A DNA stretch of 62,918 nucleotides, filler included, from Hausera hauseri (Eukaryota): the NCBI GenBank assembly GCA_046269625.1. It is 11 parts of 11 records of this genome, joined end to end, with 100 filler letters (N's around TTAATTAATTAA, not from the genome) between each part and the next. Parts side by side here need not be neighbours in the genome. Positions count along the whole stretch, not along the records: positions 1 to 5,675 come from JBJURY010208744.1; positions 5,776 to 11,308 come from JBJURY010235073.1; 9 more parts are not named here. The stretch is one strand, 5' to 3'. Positions 1-11,155 of this stretch are shown in pieces. The position numbers were made by a program, and so were the translations under genes. Position 1 is the stretch's first letter; each line of letters begins with the position of its first letter. A model generated the notes under the pieces. It saw only the letters and a list, made by a program, of their open reading frames with translations, was not told where the DNA came from and did no database searches.

Positions 1-2509
1 AAAAACCGTAGACAAACCAGGAATTTTGACAGAAGTCGATTTAGATGCAGAACCTGAATTCACGGTTGAAAAGGTAAATAAGACTACTGAAGAAGAGAGC
101 CGAGAAAGAATTCATGGAGCAACTGATACTTAAAATTACGAAAAATAGAGGCCGCAGTCCTTCATTAAAAAGGAAACGTAGAAGTCGTTCACGTTTGAAA
201 GTAACTAGAGAGAAAACAGAAGAAACAAGAAATACAGACATCGCTGTAGAGAGCAATATAGAGCCTAGCTTAAATACACCAGAAATCGTTCCATTCACAC
301 CTATCAAAGTAAGAGTCTGTAGAGTCGGTTAACAAAATTAATGAGATTTGCCCAATTCTCATTAGTGAAGAAGAAAAGGGAGACATTGATTTTGATTCAA
401 GAAAATGGAATGTCCAGCGTTCGTGGGAAAACGCCGATGAATTGAAGAAAATGAGAATAAGATGCCACGATCCGGAAATATTACAACGAAATTTAGAAAG
501 ACTCAAGCAGATTAGCGAACAATTAGATATATCCGGCAATGAGCAACAATTTTCTGAGCGATTATATAAAAGCAATCGACTTAGGACAACTTGAAGAGGT
601 GCCACCTGAAGCACTAATAAAATGGAAACGTGAATTAGAATCATGGATTAAAAGTACAGTCGAATTTTCCGAAGGATGGAGCAAAAACGAAGACAATGTC
701 GATGGGATAGTCGCTAAAGCCCAAACGTTATTGTCTAATTTAGACAGATCCAATCAGAAGAGAGTAGTCCGTAATTTAGAGCGTATAATGTATGAAATTC
801 TATGTGCAATGATTAATTGACTTAGAGAAAAACCGGTTAGCAATCGAAATGATATTGATTTAGAAATATTGGGTATAGACCCAGTAGATATTTCTCCCTT
901 AATGGGGATGATAAAAATTGCCTTAGCTGAACCTAAACAATATACGAACCTAGAGGATCGTATCAGAATGGAGAATGAAAGGCGAACACAAATTTGTAGT
1001 GTGAGAAACCGAATTGTTTATAAATAACGAGGAAATCCAATAAGTAATAAAGGCTTGTTTCATAGAATTCGACGAATATAAGGATGAGTTTAATTACGTC
1101 AGCCGGGTCATGAATTTTATAAAAGGTCCAGATGACGAACTAAAGGATGTGTATAAGATGTTAGATAAGGCTATATCAGCAAAGCCAATAGTTGCTAATC
1201 AGTTGTCGGAATGGACAGAACTATTAACGGGACTAAGTAAATTAGCAGAAGATCGTACGAAAGAATTTACAGAAAGTGAGCCTTCTATAAAGAAACAATT
1301 AGAAGAAAACGCGCGTAACTTAGGTACAATAAAGGCAGAAATAGATATCCGAACTCAATTCCAAACATTACGACAACTATATTTTATGAAGAGCAAGAAG
1401 CGGCGATATTGGAAGATTTATAAAATGATCGAAGAAACAAACTTTACATAGAAGCGAAATGACTTGCAATTTATACCAAGATTAAGAAACATTCGACTAG
1501 GAGTCCAGTATTTAACAGCTAAATCTATGGACGAAATTTCAATGCAATATATCGAAACCTTAGGTATTTGTGCAGAACACAGAGCGGCTATAGAATAAGC
1601 AATGAGGTTCATACGAAAACCACAAGAATGGATGGCCGGAACAGATCAGAATTGCCATACCGAGTTGACAAAAATAAGAAATGACCAGCACTTTAGTTTT
1701 GAAGAATCCAAGTTTGTAAAAAAATTGCTCGATGCAATAGATACAGATTCAAAAATCATCACTGAAATGTACGAGATGGCCTTTCTCTTAGTAGAAATAG
1801 CAGAAATTAATGATGAGACAATTGATGCCTAAAATAAGACAAGCCGGAGAAACATGCATTAAAACTAAACAAAGAGCAACCAGGTTAGACGAACTAATGA
1901 AATAGCTTGAAGTCTATCGGAACAAATATGCTTTTACCGAGTCAGAGATCAAAAATAAGCGAGAATTTGCACAAAGATGGCAAAAAGATGTAATTATTGA
2001 ACAAACTAACTATTACCATAAAGGATTCATTCATTCTAATGAACTAGGCGAACTGCTGAAAACGATTCAGTATGCCTGTGGAAACGTAGTATAATTCTGG
2101 ACCACACAGATGAAAGAAATATAGTCAAGGCTAAAAGAAATTCGAGAGAATGTACAAAAGGCGAAGACAACACTAGTGGACTTCCAGACGTTGGAAACGA
2201 ACCAGAATGGGATGCATAATTAAATGCGTTAGCGACCGAAAATCCTGTGACTCAAGTACAGCTAAATAAAATTGAAACGTGTCTGCAGAATAGGAGATTT
2301 AATGTGGAGATGCTCCTGGATTCAGCGGTAACTGAAAAAGATTTAATTAAAATAATTAACGTAAATATTGCTGAAAGTAAGTTAAGACAACTTATTTTGA
2401 CACTAACTAAATTATCCAGTGAGAGCACGGTTTATAGCGCGGTGCCGAAACATTTGATAAAGAAATACTTTTGATAAGGAAAATCTTGAGGGAAAAGCCT
2501 GAAGTAACG

Positions 2510-2719
2510 ATGAGAGTAATGGTATCATCCGAGTGGATGGATGAAAAAGAATGTGAGTTAACTACTTATTCCTATGTAAGGTACATAAGAGAGTGGTTAA
2601 TAAATAATGTCGGAACAAATGAGTTAAATTATAGATTTTACTTTAAAGGTAGAATACTAGACGATTTAGAATAATTAATAGACGTCGGAATTATTCCAGA
2701 AGAAACAAATAGAATAGTA
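2510..2719 (+). pseudogene. Ubiquitin-like (beta-grasp) domain within the polyprotein, copy 1
   Basis: MRVMVSSEWMDEKECELTTYSYVRYIREWLINNVGTNELNYRFYFKGRILDDLE*LIDVGIIPEETNRIV aligns without gaps to ubiquitin 1-70. 15 identities by hand include G35, R42, F45, G47, L50, D52, L56, D58, I61. The stop at 2672 is CAA in copy 2. Confidence 0.65.
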
Positions 2720-3459
2720 GCAATAGTAGCCAAGGAACAGAACAAAGAAGAAGCCACACGAAATGCTAAGACAGAATAATGCGTAAGACAAATCATGGGA
2801 GTCCGAGATGCTACAATGTATTTTGAGTATTTACAAACGGATGAAGACAATGACCAATACGAGAATAATTTAGTGCCACTGAGTAAAATAATAACCTATG
2901 TTCCAAGATCAAAACGCCCGTCGGTAGGCCCAAGAAGATGCTAGAAGAAATTGACTATAATGGGGAATTGATTAGAGAGTTGAGACAAATGTCGATTCCT
3001 ACTTTCAGCACAGATAATGAAGAGTTAAACGAATTAATGAAGAATTTAATACGAATTGTAAATTATTCAAGCCTTCGAGGCAATACATTAGACGATAAGG
3101 AGAANNNNNNNNNNGCGATATTTAATGTAGCTAGAATGACGAGAAGTTCGCGTTTCAAATTATCCAAAAGCAACCTAATCGATGAATCGTTAATCGAAAA
3201 GATCATGGTGAAAAACGCCACTGAAGAATTAAGAAAAGTATTACTGTACTTAGCCATCAAAATAAACCATAATCGAAAGAATGAAATTAACAGAGCAACA
3301 AGCTTAGCACGAAAAGCGGCGAGAAGGCTACCATGCGAAATTAATTGGTCGAGATTATTCAATAAGGAAGAAGACAAACGATACAGAAACAGCAATAGAC
3401 TCGAAGATATGTTACGTAACTTGACAACGACGGATAATAGCCACCAGAAAAATGAATCC

Positions 3460-5300
3460 AATTGGTTAATCAGCTTACTTACCGTGATGATGCTTATAAA
3501 GTATATAGGTGCTGTCACTGTCTACGACTGCGATAAGTTTAAACTATGACAGAAATATTCTCTAATGGACTTAGAAGTATGTGAGGATTCCAGACCGCAC
3601 AAGTTAGAAATGAGAGAGAAAAGTTATTTTCTATACCAAAAACAAGAATTGATATCATTAGTTGGAGTGGAATGTATGGTGAGACAATCTCGTAGTATTT
3701 TTCACTGTTGAATAATGCACGGACATTCTTCAATAATCAAACCAACAACCCCGCCGATTCCGATGAACTTAGAACGACAGCACTGCAAACAAGCTAAGGA
3801 AGCCGGAAGATTAAAATGGGATAGTATGGAGCTAGAGATGCAGCCAGGAAAGATAATTAGAGCCTACAAAGTAGTAATTGGAAGGTTAGACATGCATAAC
3901 GGACATTATAACGGAGCGGAATGCGACACCGGAAAAGGATTAGAAGCAAACGTAGTAGTCGCAGATTTCTATGAATTAGAAATGCGAATACAGAAAGTAA
4001 TGTTCCATAGCCTCACCAAACTTTATACCGAAATCAAAAATGCCATTTACAAGACGGAACATGTGCTTTTAAAAGTTCTGTTATAATATGGGTACCTCCC
4101 TCTGGAAGAAGCTGTAATTTCATCAAGATTAAAGAAATAAAATTTAATAAAACCACCGGAAAGCGATATATGGATAAATGTGATATCAGTTTAAGAACAC
4201 GCGAAGACGTATCAGAACATCCTACACATACTATATTAATCTCTGCTCAGCATGGGTTAAAATTTATTAACAAAGAAATGATTTCTCGTTGTTAAGTAGT
4301 GATGTTCGCTACCAACTATGAAGCGTTCTTTGTCACAGAAACAAAAATAAATGCGAAGACTTACAAGTTGCAAACATAAGATATTCGGATTAAGGACTAC
4401 ATGAAAAACATAGATGATTATTTCTATTACAAGAGACAAGTCGGAATAACTGAATTATACCATAAAATGATAACAAACAATAGTAAATTAAATACGGAAA
4501 TCATGAGGACAAAGCTGGCTCTTATTTACGCTAATCCTGAGTTGGCATCCTCAATAATTCCTATGAGAGAAGGAATCCTCGGTCGAGTTACCGGTGAAGT
4601 TCTGTTGACTTACGAATATGAAAAAAAGACGTACCAATCAACGTTGAAGGAAAACGTTTTATATAGGAACTCCCCGTTATTTACCAGAATACTCCAAGGT
4701 TTGCCACGCCACTCACTAGAGCATTATTAGATAATGCAACCGAACCAACTATCCTAAAATATTGTAAAGCAAGCTTGGGAGAACCCATGTTTAGGCATAG
4801 TGAAACGGATTGGGTTAGTCTGCGAAGCGGAGGTATTACTGCCGTTCCAAATGAATTAACAGGAACATATCTCGCAAAAGGAATTACAGACGACAAATTT
4901 CAAGATACCTCATTGAAGGGTATAGATAGACCTAAGGAAATTGAAGCTTTCAGACAATTTCTCGTACGAGTTAAATCGAGCTATAGCATCCGTAGTAGAT
5001 GAACTCGGTATCAAGCTAAATGGTAATCCTTACTTGGCGTAAATCACTATCAGCGAGTAACCACAGAAATCCTCTATAAAACTTGGGGAAGATTTTTAAT
5101 CTTTGGACAAACCGCTTCCGGATTTCTAGCGATATATTTCCTAGTACAAATGATTAAGGCCGTCATTAAAGCAGTAATAAATGGATATGAAATATTTACA
5201 TTGACCGCATTTTTGTGCAAAATACTAACTACAATTATGACGCCTTTCGGAAAATTTTTAAAAGCATAGGAAGAGAATAGATGGAAATCGAACGTAGAAC
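3460..5300 (+). pseudogene. Chuvirus/Monjiviricetes-like class III fusion glycoprotein (env), copy 1
   Basis: Signal-like NWLISLLTVMMLIKYIGA, then VTVYDC...YSLMDLEVC; ECMVRQSRSIFHC*IMHGHSS (cf. chuviral CxxxxxRxxxHCGMHSH); LALIYANPE...GILGRVTGEVLLTY; TM FGQTASGFLAIYFLVQMIKAVIKAVINGYEIF. Confidence 0.8.
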
Positions 5301-5675
5301 GCCACATCGTTTAACACAATCGTAGACGGAAACGAAGACCTATGTTCTTATACAAGCGGAAGATCACAAAACCTAATATACGAAGAAATAATTCAGATGA
5401 TGACGAGCCTTAGGAAGCAGAAGTACTTTCGAAAACCGACAAGCACAAGACGTATTCCGTAACTAAAGCACCACTGCCTATGCTACCTCCTACTGCTCCA
5501 GTCTACGGAGACTGTGACAAGCGATCAATGAACTCGCATCAGACAGAAATATATAAGAGGACAATTAGCTTAGTAGACCTCTACGAAGGAACAAAACGTT
5601 ATGGAGTCTTACGAAAAATGTGTTATCGACAACCCATGGATGATTCCACAGTTTTGTATTCTACAAAAGAACCTA

Positions 5676-5775
5676 NNNNNNNNNNNNNNNNNNNNNNNNN
5701 NNNNNNNNNNNNNNNNNNNTTAATTAATTAANNNNNNNNNNNNNNNNNNNNNNNNNNNNNNNNNNNNNNNNNNNN
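5676..5775. other. Artificial contig linker N44-TTAATTAATTAA-N44 (also at 11309-11408, 18045-18144, 22345-22444, 29946-30045, 34992-35091, 41060-41159, 45795-45894, 50151-50250, 58623-58722)
   Basis: Identical 100-nt spacer with stops in all six frames, repeated 10 times. Confidence 0.99.
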
Positions 5776-8700
5776 ATCTTTGCTTTTGCTTTCGGGAATT
5801 TCTAATTAGAATCGGTTTTTTGTAGTTTTGAAGTATGTTACCGGACATTGTGGTAGTAATTTATTATTTTTGTGTAAATCAGGCAGCGTTCCAAATTCAT
5901 CGTCTTGTTTACAGAGAGCAAATCGTTTCAGAAGAGGAGACGTAGGCTATCGTCGTTATTTAATTCTATACAATGAGATTGGATTTTCATAACTGCCTCA
6001 AAACCATATACGGTAGCAAAAAAATCATGAATATTTCTTTTGAATAGAATAGATTTTTGTGCAATGCAGCACGGGAATCTGGATGATCAGCAACTGACTT
6101 GTTCACGCGCAATGCGTGGATTTTTGCAAACGATTTTTCCAAATCAGGAAGTTTTAATTTTAGATTTAATCGGTGCAAGTATTGCTACTAAATTAAGTAT
6201 TTCTTGTACAGCCTCTTGATTTTCTCGGATCTACTTGGACTGTGGTGACACCCGAGTCCACGGCACCTCACTACCCCCCGTTACGAAAGTGACACTGTTA
6301 ATGTAACGAAAGTAAGGAGACAAGGCAGAACGGTGTAAGCGAACTATTGGGTCTTTGTATTGACAAGACGTTGGATTTTGTAAATATTTTGTTCTGAAAG
6401 TAACTGTTTTGCTTTGTTTGACGTGCTGTTTGATTGTATGCTGATGCGATTGTAATGTATTTAAATTTTGATTTGACATGTCAGTAAATTGAGAACTAGT
6501 CGGTATGTCGCTTTGCGTAGTCTTTTGAATTAATGCAGGTTTTGGAGTAGCAGGTTGTTGTGTAGGTAGAATGGAGGAAGAATTGAAAAAATCAAGAAAA
6601 TTTTGCGTAGGCTCAGCTGAGGGTTCAGGCGTGTCGTTGACGAAAAATATAGGTTTTACGTTGGTTATGTGTACATTTTGTTCTTTATCGTTTTTTAATA
6701 CCTTAACTGTATGTGAGGTAACATTGAGAACTTTAAATAGTTCTAAATAGTTGGGTTGGAAACCGGAGGGTGAAGGGTTTTTTAACCACACAAACTTTGC
6801 ATTAAATAGCGAGTCAGGTAAGTACGTTTTGTCCCCATGTACTATTTTGCAGAAAGAGTCCTGGTTTAATTGTATGAAATGGTTTTGTGCGGACCTAATG
6901 GTTTTGTCACTTGGTGTGTTGTCCAAGTCGGTGAGCTCAAAAAGTGCACGAATTGTGGTATCAAAAAGTGCTTCAGCAGGTGCGCAACCGGTGGTAGTAG
7001 ACGGTGTGTTGCGCCGCCCGAGTAAAACAAAATGGAGGATGGTTATCCAATTCTTATAAGTTTCGGCCAGGATTTTAAACGAGATCTTGCGAGTGCGATA
7101 AAAGCGTTCCAATAATCCGTTCGACTAGAAATGGTATGCCCAGTCGATTAACTAAAGATTTGAATAGATTCGATTCAAATTGGAGACCTTGGTCTGTAAT
7201 TATTTAGCGAAGTGAACCGAACCGGCTAATCGAAATCCTTATAAATGCATCGGCAATGGAGTCTATATTGATGGAGCGCAAAGGGACGGCTTCAGGCCAA
7301 CGAAACGCGCGGTCCATCATTGTTAAGATAAATTGGTGGCCGTTATCGGAAGGTAATGGGCCAACGATATCTATGTGAACTGACTCAAAACGGGGTGTAT
7401 ATGGAAAATGGAATAATGGTGGTTTAAGATATTATCTACTTTGAACTTTTGGCAAGCTACGCATTGCCTAACCAAACTCTGTTCATCAGTCCTCATTGAT
7501 GGCCATGTTACGTGGCGTTTGAGAAGGCGGAATGTAGCCTTGGAACCTGAGTGATGCAAAGAATGAACATGTTGAAATGTAGTTTGTTGGAGAGGAGGTG
7601 CCAAAATTGGCAAATGTTGTCCAGGTGTCGAAGTATACATGGCTATTCCATCAATGATTTGCACGGATTTATATTGTTTCAGAATTTCATTGGCAGGTGG
7701 ATTTTGTATTAACTGATCCTTTGAGAAAATTGGTGTGACGCTAATTGCACCGACTGACCGTGATAGGAAGTCAGCTATTAAATTGTCTGTTCCTGAAATA
7801 TGGCAAATTTTAAAGTTGAATGTTAAAAGATATGATATATGGCGTTCTTATCGAAGTAATGGCTGTTTTATGTTCATTACGTGAACGAGAGGTTTGTGGT
7901 CATTTTAAATGGTGAAGGAACGAGCGATAAGCAAGTGTGAAAAGTGTTTCAGAGCTGAAACAATAGCAAAGAGTTCTCTATCGAAGGTAGAGTAGCGGCG
8001 TTCTTGTGGCTGCAGCTTACGCGAAAAAAATTCTAACGGTTTATTTATCCCTTGAGATATTTGATGAAGAACCGCTCCTACTTCTGTAGTTGATGCGTCG
8101 GTTGTTAAAATGAGTTCAGAATCAGGTTTTGTGTAGGCTAAAATCTAGACTGTTTTGAGCTTTTCGCGGAGTTCATCGAACTGATTGACAAGTTCTGGTG
8201 TCCAATATATGAGCTTTTTCTTCGGCCACGCTCCTAGTTGAGCGAAAGGAGCAGTTAACTGGCTGCAGTGTGGGACGTATTTATTGACAAAATGTGAAGT
8301 AGCAAAGAAACTACGCATATCAGTGGTAGCTTTTGGTAGCTCAATGTTTTGCAGTTGATGGATTCTATCAGGCTGTGGACTGTGGCCGTCAGGTGTGATG
8401 ACGTGGCCAAGGAAATGTACCTTTTTCTGAAAGAAGGAACATTTGGAAAAGTTCACTTGTAAATTGTAGTTGTGCAAGCGTTGGAAAACTAGTCTGAGAT
8501 GCTCTTCATGTTGTTTGGGCAATGTTGATGTGACTAGTATGTTGTCAATGTATGGATATGCAAATGACAAGCCTAAAAGAACTGAATCTATATGCCGTTG
8601 GAAAGTTTGTGCTGCGTTATTTAAGCCCAACGGCATGAATGTGTATTCGAAAAGACCAAACGGTGTTATAATGGCCGTTTTTGGGATATTTTCTGGTGCT

Positions 8701-9760
8701 ACTGGTAATTGTGGTAGGCTGAATAAATCGTAGTTTTGTGTAAGGAATGCAATATATCCTTAATCAACGGTAAAGGATAAGCGTCCATGGTTGTGACATT
8801 ATTAAGTTGTCGATAGTCGCCGCATGGACGGAATGTGCCATCTTTCTTTGGGACGACGTGCAATGGTGATGCCCATGGTGACTTAGAGCGCTTTATGATT
8901 CCAGCTTGCTCAAGTGCAGAGAATTCCGCTTGTACTGCCTGTCGACTACGTGGTAAAAGTGGACGGAGTTTCTGCCTAAGGGGCCTAAGGTTTTCTGTGA
9001 CGATATGATGGAACGTCGTGTTAGCCGGTCGAAATGCTGAGTCTTTTTTATTGTGTGAAAGCAAGAATTGAATAAATATTGCTGCATTTCCTGGCTAAGT
9101 GTAGTAAAGGCTGTTGTTGTCGCGACAGTTGTTTGATTGGACTTAGTATGTGAAATACTAGAGATTGAATCACCTAAATCGTCCTTGTGAAAGTGGTTTT
9201 GTTTCTCTATTACTGGACTATAACAAAATGTGTGATTATTTATATGAGTATTACTGACGTTCTTATTTGCGTTAGTTGAAGGGTCTTTTATTATCGATTT
9301 TATAAGTGAAATAGCTTGCGTGACTTGTTGGATATTTAAAAAGGTGAGTTTTGTTGGACTGCTCATGATGATCTTACGTTGTCTACAATCTACAAGGAGG
9401 TTGTAGAAAGATAGGAAATGAGATCCAAGTATTGGCGATTGTGTGTCGGCAACGATGAATGTCCAATTGAAAGTGTCGGGGAATGATGGTAATGTGAATG
9501 AGACTTTGGACGTGCCGAAAATGCGTAAAGCTTGGCCGTTTGCTGTATACAGTTTGATGTTAGACGATGAGATAGATAGTGTTTTGATGGATGGTGGTAA
9601 TAAGGAAACGGCAGCCCCTGAGTCTATGAGGAAGTTGATTGGCTGATTAGGTTTGGATGTTAAGGAGGCTTTTAATGTGAAAACAGCATTTGTGCGGCTG
9701 TAGCAGTGACGAGGGTAGCCTTTGCCAGCATGCGCCGGAACATCTGTCGGCTTCACTAAT
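5776..9760 (-). mobile_element. pol: Degenerate Ty3/Gypsy LTR retrotransposon: protease-RT-RNase H-integrase, PPT and probable 3' LTR
   Basis: FLIDSGAAVS protease; SPWASPLHVVPKKDGTFRPCGDYRQLN; MPLGLNNAAQTFQR...YIDNIL (YIDD mutated); RNase H TTDAST...YSTFDRELFAI; integrase HSLHH...CVAC and ERFYRT. G-rich PPT (AACGGGGGGTAG, minus 6282-6271) followed by TG. Many stops and frameshifts. Confidence 0.93.
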
Positions 9761-10264
9761 TTTTTTGAATAGGAGGATTTGGGGAGTCAGGAGAATTGCG
9801 ATGGAATTGTTTAAGTTGCGAAAGATGTTAACGGTTTAGTACATTCATTAATATATGTATAAAAGAAATATGACAGATTCATTGACTCAGGGTCGTTTAA
9901 TTGAGATTTAGTGTGTGTGCAGTGTGTGTATATGTATGTTTTGGAAGAAAAGATAGATAGAGGAAAAGACATGTTTATTTTGTAAGGAAAGCAAAATAAA
10001 GAAGACGGTATGTGCCATTTCGGGGGTATAGCGTATCATTCGGGACCCGGTCGCAACCAAAATCGTTCCGAATAGAGGTTCCGTATATTCGTCAGCAGTA
10101 TGTTTTAAATATCGTGGCCAGGTGTAAAGATGTAGTTGCTGTCATATGTATTACCGTATTTATGTTTTGAACATTTTCATGATCTTTTCATCGCGATTCA
10201 ACGGATCTCGTTGTAAACACAGTCGGATGTACGCTACGTCGATATTACGAAATATTTGCTGCAT

Positions 10265-10520
10265 TGCGTACCGACCCTTCAATCTGATGATTACTACCGG
10301 GTAAGAAAGTACCTCACGTAACGTTGAAACTATGATTCCGATGCGAATACGGATTCCCAGTGACATGCACAAGGATGCTTCAACAGTAAATAATGCGCTG
10401 AAAGCGAGTCCCCATTTACTGTTAACCAAATCGATCTTCCTGATGGAGAAATAAACATGCAATATAAATACTAAATGTGTCAATAAAAGTGGAACATGCG
10501 TGGACAAAAATTCTTTATTA
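10265..10520 (-). pseudogene. SCAP: Fragment of SREBP cleavage-activating protein (sterol-sensing domain)
   Basis: VPLLLTHLVFILHVYFSIRKIDLVNSKWGLAFSALFTVEASLCMSLG matches SCAP [35 protein letters not shown]. Similarity ends after ~80 aa. Confidence 0.75.
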
Positions 10521-10618
10521 ATATACGAAATTTCGATTTTAAATTCAACAGGATCATGAATGTTAATATTGTATATTGCTTTCAAATTCGAAATAGTAGT
10601 GGTTAAAAGCCTTTTGTC

Positions 10619-11155
10619 TCAAGTTTTCTCTGATCGTTCATGCCGCGGATGAGGTAATCCCAAATGACCTTGTTCTGGTCTAAACATACGATTGAAAATG
10701 TGATTTCGTAAATGTAATTTCAAATTTTCAACCACAATTTGTTTGTTAAAAACTAATTTGTAAATATCAGGTTTCAAATTGACATACGGATAAATCATTG
10801 GATTTTCATTAGTCGTTTTACAACGTAAATTAAGTGGTTTATTATAACTTCCAATTAATTCAACAAATGATATGTTATACTTATCATTGTTCGTTATTAA
10901 CCTTGTTAATGATTGGTAAAGTTCATCAAGTTGGTAGAATGTACGACAAAATACTTTCCAACTATTTGTATCAATCAAAGACGGCATTAGTAATAAACTT
11001 AAATTTATGCCAGGTTCGAGTCGGTATTGTTTTGTGAAATCGAACGAACAGTTATTATTATCAAGATACAAAAGTATATCATTCTGATAAGCATTGTCAG
11101 AATCGATTATTTTATAATCCTCGTAAGGAATTATATAAATTCCAGAAAATTTCAA
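10619..11155 (-). CDS. Unassigned 178-aa open frame
   Basis: Uninterrupted protein-like ORF; no family recognised. Confidence 0.25.
   Translation of the reverse strand: MKFSGIYIIPYEDYKIIDSDNAYQNDILLYLDNNNCSFDFTKQYRLEPGINLSLLLMPSLIDTNSWKVFCRTFYQLDELYQSLTRLITNNDKYNISFVELIGSYNKPLNLRCKTTNENPMIYPYVNLKPDIYKLVFNKQIVVENLKLHLRNHIFNRMFRPEQGHLGLPHPRHERSEKT

Larger units (their letters stand above)
1..5675 (+). mobile_element. Decayed copy 1 of an env-bearing retroelement polyprotein region (helical N-terminal region, ubiquitin-like domain, class III glycoprotein, cytoplasmic tail); truncated at both contig ends
   Basis: Chain of + strand ORF fragments broken by single stops and frameshifts, with no introns. 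From ~2325 onward it is colinear with 45895-48985, where the same region runs into a retropepsin and pol start. Confidence 0.75.

Noticed and set aside
3105-3114. 10-N runs (also 40780-40789 and 42048-42057)
   Set aside because: Scaffolding gaps, not biological features.
3063-3518. Antisense ORF conserved in both copies (also 46624-47067)
   Set aside because: Leu/Ser/Phe-rich mirror of the A-rich sense frame; its conservation follows from sense-strand homology.
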